Shown piece after piece: positions 1 to 8,729 of a stretch of 14,880 nt of DNA. A program made the translations under genes and the position numbers. The notes under the pieces are model-generated. The model saw only the letters and a list, made by a program, of their open reading frames with translations. It was not told where the DNA came from and did no database searches. The stretch covers positions 1 to 14,880 of IMG/VR virus record IMGVR_UViG_3300045988_179254; one strand, written 5' to 3'. Numbering within the stretch: the stretch's first letter is position 1; each line of letters starts with the position of its first letter. Origin of the DNA: a virus.

Positions 1-30
1 AAATACCCAGCGCCCGAAATACAAACAAAA

Positions 31-64
31 GTTCCCCAAACATTCAACCGAACATTTGGGGAAC
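31..64 (-). terminator. Intrinsic terminator-like hairpin at the left edge
   Basis: Perfect 10-bp inverted repeat GTTCCCCAAA (31-40) / TTTGGGGAAC (55-64) with a further TTC-AACC-GAA inside; on the - strand it is followed by TTTTGTTTGT. Confidence 0.7.
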
Positions 65-88
65 TAATCTAACTATTAACTTTATATC

Positions 89-118
89 ATTATACCACAT
101 ACTATATAATTTTGTCAA
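89..118 (-). promoter_or_regulatory. Strong sigma70/sigmaA-type promoter reading toward position 1
   Basis: On the - strand, TTGACA (113-118) and TATAAT (89-94) spaced about 18 nt, with an upstream TGG. The 18-mer TGGTATAATGATATAAAG (80-97, - strand) is repeated exactly at 14863-14880 on the + strand. Confidence 0.7.
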
Positions 119-165
119 GTGTTATTTTGATCTTTTTTGTTTCATGGAAACAAACAGTTATTTGG

Positions 166-1545
166 TTAATTAATATTAGAAATAATATTAGCTGAACATC
201 TAATAATTTGTAAATTAGTAACATTATTTAATGAAAGCCAATTAGTACCTGCATCGTTTAATTCATTAAACGAAACATAAAGAGCTTTATTATAAATTTT
301 TAAAGTACAAGCAACTTTAAAGTATTTATTGTCTGCATGTAAAAATGCAGTAGAATTAATAAGTGCAGTTTTTTGAGAATTACCAATTAAATAAGAATTT
401 TCAAAATCTCCAATTTTATAATCTGTACCATCACATTTAAAAGAAACATTATTAGTTACAAGGTTAATATCTGTTTTTAAAGAAAAAGCAACAATATTGT
501 TAATTAAAGATTGCGTCAATAAAGTTGATATATCTTTTGGAACAAATAAATCAGTATTAATGTTAATAGGAACATTAATATAAGGTTTAGTAATATTAAT
601 AACGCCATTTATAACAAAATTTACTAAATTTAAAGCAATGTATTCTTGACCATTTACATTAGGATGAATATTATCTGAAGAAAAATAGTTAAAATAGTCA
701 TGCAAAGAATATTGAATATTGTCAATAAAATTAACTGATTTGTTATTACAAGCAATATTATAATTTAGAAAAGTATTGTAAAGTCTAAGTAATCTATCAC
801 TCAAATTTGTCCAACCAATAAAACCAACGTACATTTTAGCATTTGGAAATTTTTGAGAAATAAGATTTTTACAATTAATAATACCATTAGCAATTTGTGA
901 ATAAGAATAGTCGCTATCATTGTAACCACCCATAATAATTACATCAGTAATATGTTCATCATTAGGAACTTGATTAATTAAATCATACCATAAATAATCT
1001 GGACGAGCAAAGCCAGAGCCATTTAAGGCTTTGATAATACAGCTTTCATTTGAAAGATTCATTTTATTTTTAAAAAATTGACACCAAGATGTAATTGTAC
1101 CGTCTGGAGTATAACCATTAGCGTATGAATCACCAACTAATAAAAATTTTTTAGGTAAAGTTAAAATATTAACTGTATTAGATAAAGTATTAACTTTTTG
1201 ATTTAAATTTCCAAAAATTTCTTGATTTATTATATTTTCTAAAGTACCATCTTCAGCCATTTCATCTAATTTATTATTGATTTCTTCTTGAACATCAAGA
1301 TTTGTAAAATAATTATCAACATATTCTTTTAATTGAATATACAAATTTTGAAGTTCTGCAACTGCTTCTGCATTTGTATTTACAGCAGGAATAACAGTTT
1401 TTTCTAAATAATTGCATAACCAAAGAAGTTGTTCTTCATAAGTTAAACTTATCATGTAACTTGTTGGAAGATTTCCAATTGTGCAACAAAAATGTGCAAA
1501 TGGTGAAAGTTTTCCAACAGGTTTTAATTCATTCAAATTTTCCAT
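166..1545 (-). CDS. Receptor-binding/tail appendage protein with an SGNH/GDSL-hydrolase-like domain
   Basis: Likely start is internal Met26 (MENLNELKPVGKLSPF...) preceded by AAAGGAGATTTT; the ORF track starts at a TTG at 1620. The N-terminus (YEEQLLWLCNYLEKTVIPAVNTNAEAVAELQNLY) looks like a phage structural anchor; LLVGDSYANGY resembles the SGNH block I motif and DNIHPN the catalytic DxxH region. Confidence 0.65.
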   Translation of the reverse strand: MENLNELKPVGKLSPFAHFCCTIGNLPTSYMISLTYEEQLLWLCNYLEKTVIPAVNTNAEAVAELQNLYIQLKEYVDNYFTNLDVQEEINNKLDEMAEDGTLENIINQEIFGNLNQKVNTLSNTVNILTLPKKFLLVGDSYANGYTPDGTITSWCQFFKNKMNLSNESCIIKALNGSGFARPDYLWYDLINQVPNDEHITDVIIMGGYNDSDYSYSQIANGIINCKNLISQKFPNAKMYVGFIGWTNLSDRLLRLYNTFLNYNIACNNKSVNFIDNIQYSLHDYFNYFSSDNIHPNVNGQEYIALNLVNFVINGVINITKPYINVPININTDLFVPKDISTLLTQSLINNIVAFSLKTDINLVTNNVSFKCDGTDYKIGDFENSYLIGNSQKTALINSTAFLHADNKYFKVACTLKIYNKALYVSFNELNDAGTNWLSLNNVTNLQIIRCSANIISNIN

Positions 1546-1561
1546 TTTTAAAATCTCCTTT

Positions 1562-2248
1562 CTAATAAATACCCATAAACAATTTTGAAAGTTCATTAAT
1601 AATTTCTTCATCAATAGCAACTATTATTTCTCTAAATTCTTTTACTAAACGTTGGTTTGTAATAATAACACCATTGTCGCCTTCTTCATGACGTGTAAAT
1701 TTTTCAATTGTATTTGAAGAACTTTCTGCATTTGTTTCATCTTGAATATTGCTTGAAGTATCACTTTGATTTACTTGTGAAGCATAAGCGCCTGAACTTA
1801 AATCTTGTCTTGTAATTCTTGTTTGTGGTGTATCGTTATTTATATTTAAACCACTTGCATTATTTTGTGAAGTGGAATTTGATTTTCCTTCACTTGAACC
1901 TGCTATTTCACGTGTATATGTTTCTGTAAAATCTACATTTGAAAGTGGATCATATTCTAAAAAATTAGAATATATTTTTGGAAATTGCCTTTCCATAATT
2001 TCTTGCATAGTAACTTTTGCATAATGTTTGAATAATGCAGGTGTTTCAAAACCAATTTCACGCATATAATAATGATCAATAATTTTTTCTGCCAAACGGT
2101 CTTTTGACCAAACACCAAATTTTTCAATTTGTTCAATTTGTTTAGGTGTCAAATAATTTGCAATATTATAATCTTTGAACCAATTTTCAACTTCTTCTCT
2201 TCCATATATTTCGCAAACACGTCTTAATTCAATAGTATATTTTGCCAT
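1562..2248 (-). CDS. Lower collar/connector protein (φ29 gp11-like)
   Basis: 228 aa; located immediately downstream of the upper collar in φ29-like order; sequence character (RREEVENWFKDYNIANYLTPKQIEQIEKFGVWSKDRLAEKIIDHYYMREIGFETPALFKHY) fits lower collar proteins. Confidence 0.75.
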   Translation of the reverse strand: MAKYTIELRRVCEIYGREEVENWFKDYNIANYLTPKQIEQIEKFGVWSKDRLAEKIIDHYYMREIGFETPALFKHYAKVTMQEIMERQFPKIYSNFLEYDPLSNVDFTETYTREIAGSSEGKSNSTSQNNASGLNINNDTPQTRITRQDLSSGAYASQVNQSDTSSNIQDETNAESSSNTIEKFTRHEEGDNGVIITNQRLVKEFREIIVAIDEEIINELSKLFMGIY

Positions 2249-3243
2249 TATTCAACCACCCCTTTCGTATTTATTTGGTCTTCTATTTCATCAATTTGTT
2301 TGTAATCATTTACAATGCTTTGTGCATTTTTTATTATATTGTGTAAGTCACTTCTAACACGAACTGAAATTTCCTTGTCTGTACCTGTTAAACCAAACTT
2401 TTCATTGAATTGTCTACATGCTTCTTGACGTGGTGCAAGATAACTTTGTAAATTTAAGTTTATAAGTTCATTGTTTGAATTTGCCTCATCAGTAATTAAA
2501 CGTTCTTTCTTATCTACCATTATATTATTAATTCCTAAAAAGGTCAATGCTTCATTCCATATTTCCTTTTTATAATCAATAATTTTATCTGCAATGAATG
2601 GTGCGTCTGTTTTAATTGAACGTAAACTGTCTGGATTTAAGTTTTTCTTATCTCCAAAAATAAAAGGTTTATTTCCGTCATATTGTGAATACATATTTTC
2701 CATTGTTAAACGTTGTGTTTCATCTACTAATAAAAGAACAGGTGTTTTTTGGGCCTTAATGTTCGTATCTGCCGTGCGTTCTGCTTCATAAAGGCGAAGT
2801 GCGAAAAGTTCCATTGAACCTGCAGTTGGTGTTCTGTCCCAATTATTTTGAACAAGAATACATTCGTAAAATTCACGTTGTTCTTTTTGTGCTTCTGTCA
2901 AGCCTTCAATAAGTCCTGTGTATAGTTTTCTGTTGCTATCATAACCAAATGAATAACAATTTAAATTTACAGGAAGTCCGTAAATGTTTAAATCCCCATT
3001 TGTGCAGCAATTTGTATTAATAAAGCCAAAACGTTTGTCTTTAAGAAGACTTGCTTGACCATTATAGTACAAACATTTTTCAAGCCATATTGCATTCATT
3101 GATTTTGGAAGGTTCACCCATTCAAAAACAGAAAGAGCAACTTTTTTGAATCTTTCTAAATAATCAATAAATGTCGCGTCATTTACAAGTAAATTATCAA
3201 CAAATTGGTAATTGTGACGCATAAAATTTTTACGTTTTCCCAT
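2248..3243 (-). CDS. Upper collar/portal protein (φ29 gp10-like)
   Basis: 331 aa; φ29 gp10-like motifs (LPKSMNAIWLEKCLYYNGQASLL, GLPVNLNCYSFGYDSNRKLY) and collar-cassette synteny. Confidence 0.85.
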   Translation of the reverse strand: MGKRKNFMRHNYQFVDNLLVNDATFIDYLERFKKVALSVFEWVNLPKSMNAIWLEKCLYYNGQASLLKDKRFGFINTNCCTNGDLNIYGLPVNLNCYSFGYDSNRKLYTGLIEGLTEAQKEQREFYECILVQNNWDRTPTAGSMELFALRLYEAERTADTNIKAQKTPVLLLVDETQRLTMENMYSQYDGNKPFIFGDKKNLNPDSLRSIKTDAPFIADKIIDYKKEIWNEALTFLGINNIMVDKKERLITDEANSNNELINLNLQSYLAPRQEACRQFNEKFGLTGTDKEISVRVRSDLHNIIKNAQSIVNDYKQIDEIEDQINTKGVVE

Positions 3244-3260
3244 TTTTATTTTCTCCTTTC

Positions 3261-4927
3261 TTATCTATTATTTTTTGAATAGTCAAGAAATGTTTCAGGA
3301 TTATGCCAAAAAGTGATTCCATTGTCAAACATTTCTTTAATAGATTGTAAATCATATTGTGGAATATCTCCAAGAATATTTGCACCTTGTGTTTTTATAT
3401 AGTTCCAATTTGGTCTTGAATTAATATTTATATTTTTTAATTCATTTATTGTGTAGCCAAACATGTCAAAGTATTTGTCAAGTTTTTCTGCAAATTGTTT
3501 TTTTATTGTGTATCTTGTAAAAATATTTTTATCAAACATATTATAACCAAGTAAAGTAGAATTTGAAGATGATAAACTTGCATTATCAGGGAGCATTGCT
3601 TGTTTTTCTATTTGTGCCATTTGATTTTTTATATAAAATTCATGATTTTTGTCTAAACTCATAAGTTCAATGCCTTTACCAATATATCCTGTAAAACCAC
3701 TAGCCATTGAAGAAGGATTTCCTGAAAGCATGTTTCCCATATCTCCAACCATTCCCATGCCACCTTTTATTGCGTCAATGCTATAATTGTAATTTTCTTG
3801 TTGCATTTGTAATGAAATAATGTCATTGTTTTGTGCTAGCCACACATTGAAAGTATCTGTTTTAAATGAAATTGTTGGATAACCATTTAATGAGGCATTG
3901 TCCGATAGACTATCACCATTTGCACCTCTGTAATTTTGTGGAATAAATTGAACTGTTGGATTAGGGTTTATTTCGCTCATAATTTTGAATGAAGGTGTTG
4001 CATTTTCAAAATCTTCATATCTATATATTTTTTTCGTTCCGTTTTGTGGATTAAATGCTAAATAAATATATGGATATGTTAATAATTTTTTATTTCGTGG
4101 TGTGTACCCGTCAAGAGAATTGCTTCTTGCAAGTAAAGTTTTAATTTTTGGTGATTCTGTAAAATTTTCTTGTAAAAATTCAAAAAAATAAGTATGTGTT
4201 CCGTGGTTCATCAACAGGGAGCAAACTTTCAACTGCTAATTTTGGAATAGTGAAAACGGTTAAAACTTTGTCGCTATTTGCATTTTGATTAAGCATACTC
4301 ATTAATCCAGGAAAACCATATTCATTAGCAACTGCAAATGTAACACTTGAAAAAATTCCATTATAACTGTAACCATTTTGTTTTATTGAAACTGGTGGAT
4401 CATCTCCAACTTGATAACTGTCACCTGTATATGCTACAACATAAGCAGGTTCTAATTCGTCAAATTCGGCCGTTCCTTTAACTTTTAATTCTCCAAATTC
4501 TAAACCTTCAGGAATTAAAAAGTTTCCGTGGCGCATCATCTGCAACAGGTACAATTTCACGTTCTATAAACGAAAGTTTGTAAATAATATCAAATTGCCA
4601 CGTTTGAAAACAGTCCGTTGTAATTGAAATTTCTGTTAAATTATCATTTATATAGCGCATTCCTGTAATAAAGGCATAAAACCATTTATTGTTATAATTT
4701 TCATTTTTATACATACAATAATCATAAGTTATTATACTATCAATATGTCTATTAAAACGAATTACATTGTCTTTTCGTTGATAACTTGCATTTGTATCTT
4801 CTGTATATGGAAGTGATAAAAAATATTGTTCTTGTGCTTGTAAATTTGAAAATGTAATTTGGTTTTTATTACTTAATGTTAAGGGGCATTTTATTAAACG
4901 GATATCAGTTTGTGGTGAAATTGCCAT
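3261..4927 (-). CDS. Distal tail knob/tail protein (φ29 gp9-like), expressed across two in-frame CGG +1 recoding sites
   Basis: Three ORF-track fragments (4508..4927, 4180..4560, 3261..4232) join exactly if one nucleotide is skipped at CGG 4526-4528 and at CGG 4201-4203. NNKWFYAFITGM, FQTWQFDIIYKLSFIEREIVPVADD and FDNGITFWHNPETFLDYS match gp9-like features. Confidence 0.88.
4201..4203 (-). other. CGG(A) +1 recoding site, tail gene site 2
   Basis: GAA CCA CGG AAC; downstream frame restarts at GGA (VDEP[G]THTYFFEF). Zero frame stops after 7 codons. Confidence 0.85.
4526..4528 (-). other. CGG(A) +1 recoding site, tail gene site 1
   Basis: GCG CCA CGG AAA; downstream frame restarts at GGA (VADDAP[G]NFLIPEG). 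Zero frame stops after 6 codons. Confidence 0.85.
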
Positions 4928-4953
4928 TTATATTTTCTCCTTTCTTTAAAAAT

Positions 4954-4984
4954 AAGGGAAGGAAGTTTTTTCATTCCTTCCCTT
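4954..4984 (-). terminator. Terminator/attenuator hairpin downstream of the capsid gene
   Basis: Perfect 11-bp inverted repeat AAGGGAAGGAA (4954-4964) / TTCCTTCCCTT (4974-4984), 9-nt loop, then ATTTTT on the - strand; lies between the capsid stop (5004) and the tail start (4927). Confidence 0.75.
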
Positions 4985-5003
4985 TCTAAGGGTGATTATT
5001 TTA

Positions 5004-6332
5004 TTATTCTCCTTCAACTGTAACTGTAACAGTACCTGTTACATTTCCACTTGTTGCAGTTATAACAGAAGTTCCTGCTTTTACTCCTGTAACTTCAACT
5101 GTTTTATTGTCTACTTTTCTAACAGTAGCATTTGCAGTTGTTCCGGAAGTAAATGTTATTTCACTAGTTGTTTGTGCAGGTGTAGTTGCTAACTTTAATA
5201 AAATTTTGTTTCCAACTGTAACTTTTGGAGCAGTTTCTTCAAAACTCATTTCAGTAACAGGAACAGAAGGAAGTGCAGTTGCAAAAACAACGGCATTTGC
5301 AAATAATGAATAATTATACATTCTAACAACATTTAAGTAATATTGCCATGTTCTGTTATTTGCATTGTAAAATTCGTCCATTGTTGTCTCTTGTTCTTTA
5401 ATTCTAAACCAAGATTTGTCCGCTATCATTCCAATTATATTTGAACCGTCAAATATTAGTGTTCCTTCATTATCGTATTCATTAAAGTCATTTACATAAA
5501 TAATATTGCCAAGTAAAACACTTCTGTCAATATTAAATGTTTGTGCTAAAACGTTTACGTCTAAATATGCTCCTATATCATTACGAACTAGAAAAACAAT
5601 ATCTTCTGGATTTGACCATGTTAATATGTCACGTCCATAACCACCAACTTGACGCCATGCGTTGAAGTTTGGAGTAGGTGTTTGCATATTTAAGAACATT
5701 GTTCTTGCTTTTGTAATAAATTCTTTTGCAAGAGCTTCTGTGTTTGGGTTAGATATAACTTCAACACGAACTTGATTTGAAGCATATGCACTTGAAACAA
5801 GTCCTTTTGTCATGTTATATTGGTCAATATATGCACCATTATAAAGTGATTGTGTTAATCCGTCAATAAAGTTTTCAAGAGTTGACCAAGAAACAAATGC
5901 GTCTTTTAGTTTTGCTCTTGTTATTGTTACACAATATTGAAGGTCACTATTTAAATGATGATATTGAACTTTAACGTCTGCTTCATATTTTGCAAGTAAT
6001 CCTGCAAAATCGTCAACATTAAATCTTCTACCCCTTGCAGGATTAATAAATATTTCCTGACCAATAGAACCTAAAGGAATTCTATCACCTTCAAGAACTC
6101 TTAAAGGGTTGTTGAATAGTTTTATATCAACTTGTGTGTAAACTATTCTTTGAACTAAAACGTTCATAAATTCATTCATAACATTTGGATTATCAAGAAT
6201 TGGACTTGCAAAACTTCCTATGTCACTTGTTGGAAGAATTTCAGGCACATATCTGTGATAAAGTGTATTGTTCTGAATGCTTGTTTCCCTTATTGAATTA
6301 AGGGAAGTCCTTAAACCTTCTGGAATTGCCAT
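5004..6332 (-). CDS. Major capsid protein (φ29 gp8-like) with C-terminal BIG2/Ig-like domain
   Basis: 442 aa; PSDIG/FQVNRLV-type podoviral capsid context (LRTSLNSIRETSIQNNTLYHRYVPEILPTSDIGSFASPILDN); C-terminal GVKAGTSVITATSGNVTGTVTVTV is typical of BIG2 repeats; position between scaffold and tail genes. Confidence 0.88.
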   Translation of the reverse strand: MAIPEGLRTSLNSIRETSIQNNTLYHRYVPEILPTSDIGSFASPILDNPNVMNEFMNVLVQRIVYTQVDIKLFNNPLRVLEGDRIPLGSIGQEIFINPARGRRFNVDDFAGLLAKYEADVKVQYHHLNSDLQYCVTITRAKLKDAFVSWSTLENFIDGLTQSLYNGAYIDQYNMTKGLVSSAYASNQVRVEVISNPNTEALAKEFITKARTMFLNMQTPTPNFNAWRQVGGYGRDILTWSNPEDIVFLVRNDIGAYLDVNVLAQTFNIDRSVLLGNIIYVNDFNEYDNEGTLIFDGSNIIGMIADKSWFRIKEQETTMDEFYNANNRTWQYYLNVVRMYNYSLFANAVVFATALPSVPVTEMSFEETAPKVTVGNKILLKLATTPAQTTSEITFTSGTTANATVRKVDNKTVEVTGVKAGTSVITATSGNVTGTVTVTVEGE

Positions 6333-6384
6333 TTTTAAAAATCTCCTTTCAATTTTATTTCAAAATAAAATATTTGATACTATA

Positions 6385-6413
6385 ATAATATAACAAAAAC
6401 AAATTTTTGTCAA
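6385..6413 (-). promoter_or_regulatory. Candidate promoter in front of the capsid gene
   Basis: On the - strand, TTGACA (6408-6413), 17-nt spacer, TATTAT (6385-6390), in the gap between scaffold stop and capsid start. Confidence 0.55.
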
Positions 6414-6414
6414 C

Positions 6415-6741
6415 TTATCTTTTAAAATTTCCTTTTTCATCAAAAACACTTCTGTAATCAAATGGTTTTGGTGGTTCATCTTCTTTTGGTTCATTTTTAT
6501 TTATAAGTCCACCTTCATCACCCATTGCAACTTGCTGTAATAAATTTCCATTTGAAGTAATAAGTGCTTCTTTGTCTTGTTCTAATTTTGAAATTCTTTC
6601 ATCACGACCTTTTAAGTCTTTATTCATTGTTGCGTTGTCTGTAATTAATTTTCCAAGATCATCTGCAATCAAACTTGTGTTTTCTTTTCCAAGTTTATCT
6701 TGAATTGACTTTGTGATTTTTTCAAATTCTTTTTCAGTCAT
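6415..6741 (-). CDS. Scaffolding protein (φ29 gp7-like)
   Basis: 108 aa, charged coiled-coil-like sequence, immediately upstream of the capsid gene in transcription order. Confidence 0.7.
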   Translation of the reverse strand: MTEKEFEKITKSIQDKLGKENTSLIADDLGKLITDNATMNKDLKGRDERISKLEQDKEALITSNGNLLQQVAMGDEGGLINKNEPKEDEPPKPFDYRSVFDEKGNFKR

Positions 6742-6758
6742 TTTTTATTTTCTCCTTT

Positions 6759-7349
6759 CTACCAATAAATTATTCGTTTTTTTCTTGACTTAAATTGAAG
6801 CCATTTATTTTTATTTTTATTTTTTGTTGGTTCAATTGGTACACCGTCATAAATCCACCAAGTACCTTCTATGTTGTCAATTCCCATAAATTCAGTTGGA
6901 TTTAAATAATCACTTTTATTATATGACCAATGCCACACATTTCCCCACCTATTTAAATCTTGCATTTCAACGTGTAAATGGATTCCCGTTGAATTTCCTG
7001 TTGTTCCTTCATCTCCAACTTTTTGACCTTTTACGACTCTGTCACCTTGTGAAACATCTGGTGTATTTGCTAAATGCATATATAAAGTTGCATAACCAAA
7101 AGTGGGTGATGAAGAATTAACATCTTTTATTATAATCCAATTTCCTTGTGAATTATCGAAACCTAAAGAATGAACAATGCCATCAAGCATTGAATATACA
7201 GGTTTTGAACCACTTGTCGCAATATCTAAACCCCTGTGAATTTGTGTTTCACCTGTTATTGGATTAATTCTTTCATTCCACCATGGTGAAGTAATTAAAA
7301 ATCTATCATTAATAAATGGTGCAATATGACGAACTTGATTATCAGCCAT
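6759..7349 (-). CDS. M23/LytM-family metallopeptidase, probable tail-tip (gp13-like) or lytic protein
   Basis: Zn-site-like motifs HRGLDIA and GIHLHVEMQ, plus GNWIIIK and LYMHL spacing typical of M23 peptidases. Confidence 0.8.
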   Translation of the reverse strand: MADNQVRHIAPFINDRFLITSPWWNERINPITGETQIHRGLDIATSGSKPVYSMLDGIVHSLGFDNSQGNWIIIKDVNSSSPTFGYATLYMHLANTPDVSQGDRVVKGQKVGDEGTTGNSTGIHLHVEMQDLNRWGNVWHWSYNKSDYLNPTEFMGIDNIEGTWWIYDGVPIEPTKNKNKNKWLQFKSRKKRIIYW

Positions 7350-7361
7350 TTTTCAATTCTC

Positions 7362-8246
7362 CTATTTAATATAAATTTCTCCATGATAATATGCACATAC
7401 AAAACCACTAGGAATTTTAAGCCATACTTCATCATTATTTATATAAATTTCCAAACAAGTCACACTTGTATTTGGTTTTAAAACTGCATTTTGTTGATTA
7501 TATGCGTGATTTTTTCCATCAATAGTTAATTCATTATAATTTTTTATTCTATAATTTGTTCCTGCTCCTGCTCTTACATTTAAATCAACTTGAATTGTAT
7601 AATTTTTATTAACTTCATATTTTGGTAAATTATTCACAACATTGTCAACAGGTTGCCCAAAACTTTCTACAAAACATTTGTCTAAATCAACCCTTCCTTT
7701 TATTCCCTCAAGTTTTCCTTTACTTGAATATTGCCAAAAATCAACAGGAAATTGAACATTTGGATTTTCGTCATTGTTCCATAATGCTAACCATATATAA
7801 TTTCCTTCTGCTTTTATTTCGTAAGGGTTCAAATAATTTTTAAACCAATTTAAATTTGCATAAACTCCAGCTTTGTAACCTGCATTTTTTATTATTCTAC
7901 ACCATTCATTTGACATATCTGTCAAAGTGTCTTTACCTAAATTTGCTTGTTTACTTTCTTCCATATCATAAAATATTGGTAAGTCAAATTGTTTTCCTTT
8001 TATAATTTCAAGTGTGTTTTCTGCTTCAAGTTTTGCGCCTTCTTTTACATACGCATAACTATAAAGATAAGCACCCACCTTTATGCCTGCATTTTTTAAT
8101 CCTTCAAAATGTTTTTCAAACAAACTATCTTTTTGATTTATTTGTTTTCCATAACCTAAACGAATAATTGCAAATTCAATTCCTTGATCCTTTAATTTCG
8201 AATAATTTACATTTTCTTGAAATTCACTTATATCAATTCCTTTCAT
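7362..8246 (-). CDS. GH25 lysozyme (endolysin) with C-terminal SH3-like domain
   Basis: MKGIDISEFQENVNYSKLKDQGIEFAIIRLGYGK, KVGAYLYSYA, LPIFYDMEE, WQYSSKGKLEGIKGRVDLDKC; C-terminus DLNVRAGAGTNYRI is SH3_3-like. Confidence 0.92.
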   Translation of the reverse strand: MKGIDISEFQENVNYSKLKDQGIEFAIIRLGYGKQINQKDSLFEKHFEGLKNAGIKVGAYLYSYAYVKEGAKLEAENTLEIIKGKQFDLPIFYDMEESKQANLGKDTLTDMSNEWCRIIKNAGYKAGVYANLNWFKNYLNPYEIKAEGNYIWLALWNNDENPNVQFPVDFWQYSSKGKLEGIKGRVDLDKCFVESFGQPVDNVVNNLPKYEVNKNYTIQVDLNVRAGAGTNYRIKNYNELTIDGKNHAYNQQNAVLKPNTSVTCLEIYINNDEVWLKIPSGFVCAYYHGEIYIK

Positions 8247-8671
8247 TATTTATCACCTTCTTTTTTCATTTCTCCTGTAAATTCTTTCATTATATTTTCA
8301 AGATATACTTGTAATTTTTTAGGAATTGGAAGTTTACACAATATCATATTTTTAAATATTGAAAGTATTTCAAATATTATAAATAGAATATTAAATAAAC
8401 TTGAAATTCCAACTTTTCCAAATTTTAATGTTTCCTTTATTGTTTTAGGAATAAAACTAATTAAATCTAAATGAATAATTGCGTCAATTATTGTTAAAAA
8501 TACAATAACAATAAGCATTCCTACTTTTCTAATCATTCCATCAATTCCAATACATGAATTTATATTTTTTTCACGAATTGCCCTTAAAACTCCCAAAATT
8601 AAATCAAGTACAATTACAACAATTAAAATTTTCATTCCGTCATTATTAAATAATGAAATAAATTTTTCCAT
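8246..8671 (-). CDS. Holin (phage_holin_4 / toxin secretion-phage lysis type)
   Basis: 141 aa with hydrophobic segments (ILIVVIVLDLILGVLRAI, GMLIVIVFLTIIDAII, LFNILFIIFEILSIFKNM) immediately preceding the lysozyme gene. Confidence 0.85.
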   Translation of the reverse strand: MEKFISLFNNDGMKILIVVIVLDLILGVLRAIREKNINSCIGIDGMIRKVGMLIVIVFLTIIDAIIHLDLISFIPKTIKETLKFGKVGISSLFNILFIIFEILSIFKNMILCKLPIPKKLQVYLENIMKEFTGEMKKEGDK

Positions 8672-8729
8672 TTTTCATTTCTCCCTTCATAATATATTAT
8701 AAACATATTTTTGTAATTTCATTATAGCA

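Noticed and set aside
4508-4528. Dcm-type CCWGG methylation miscalls (CCA CGG A could derive from CCAGGA)
   Set aside because: Fits only the two tail-gene sites; the other twelve sites have different upstream bases (GTG, TTG, AGA, ATT, TTT, GAA and others).
3261-4927. Reading the tail gene as three separate genes (3261-4232, 4180-4560, 4508-4927)
   Set aside because: The overlapping starts lack ribosome binding sites, and the pieces join at exact CGG positions into one gp9-like protein.
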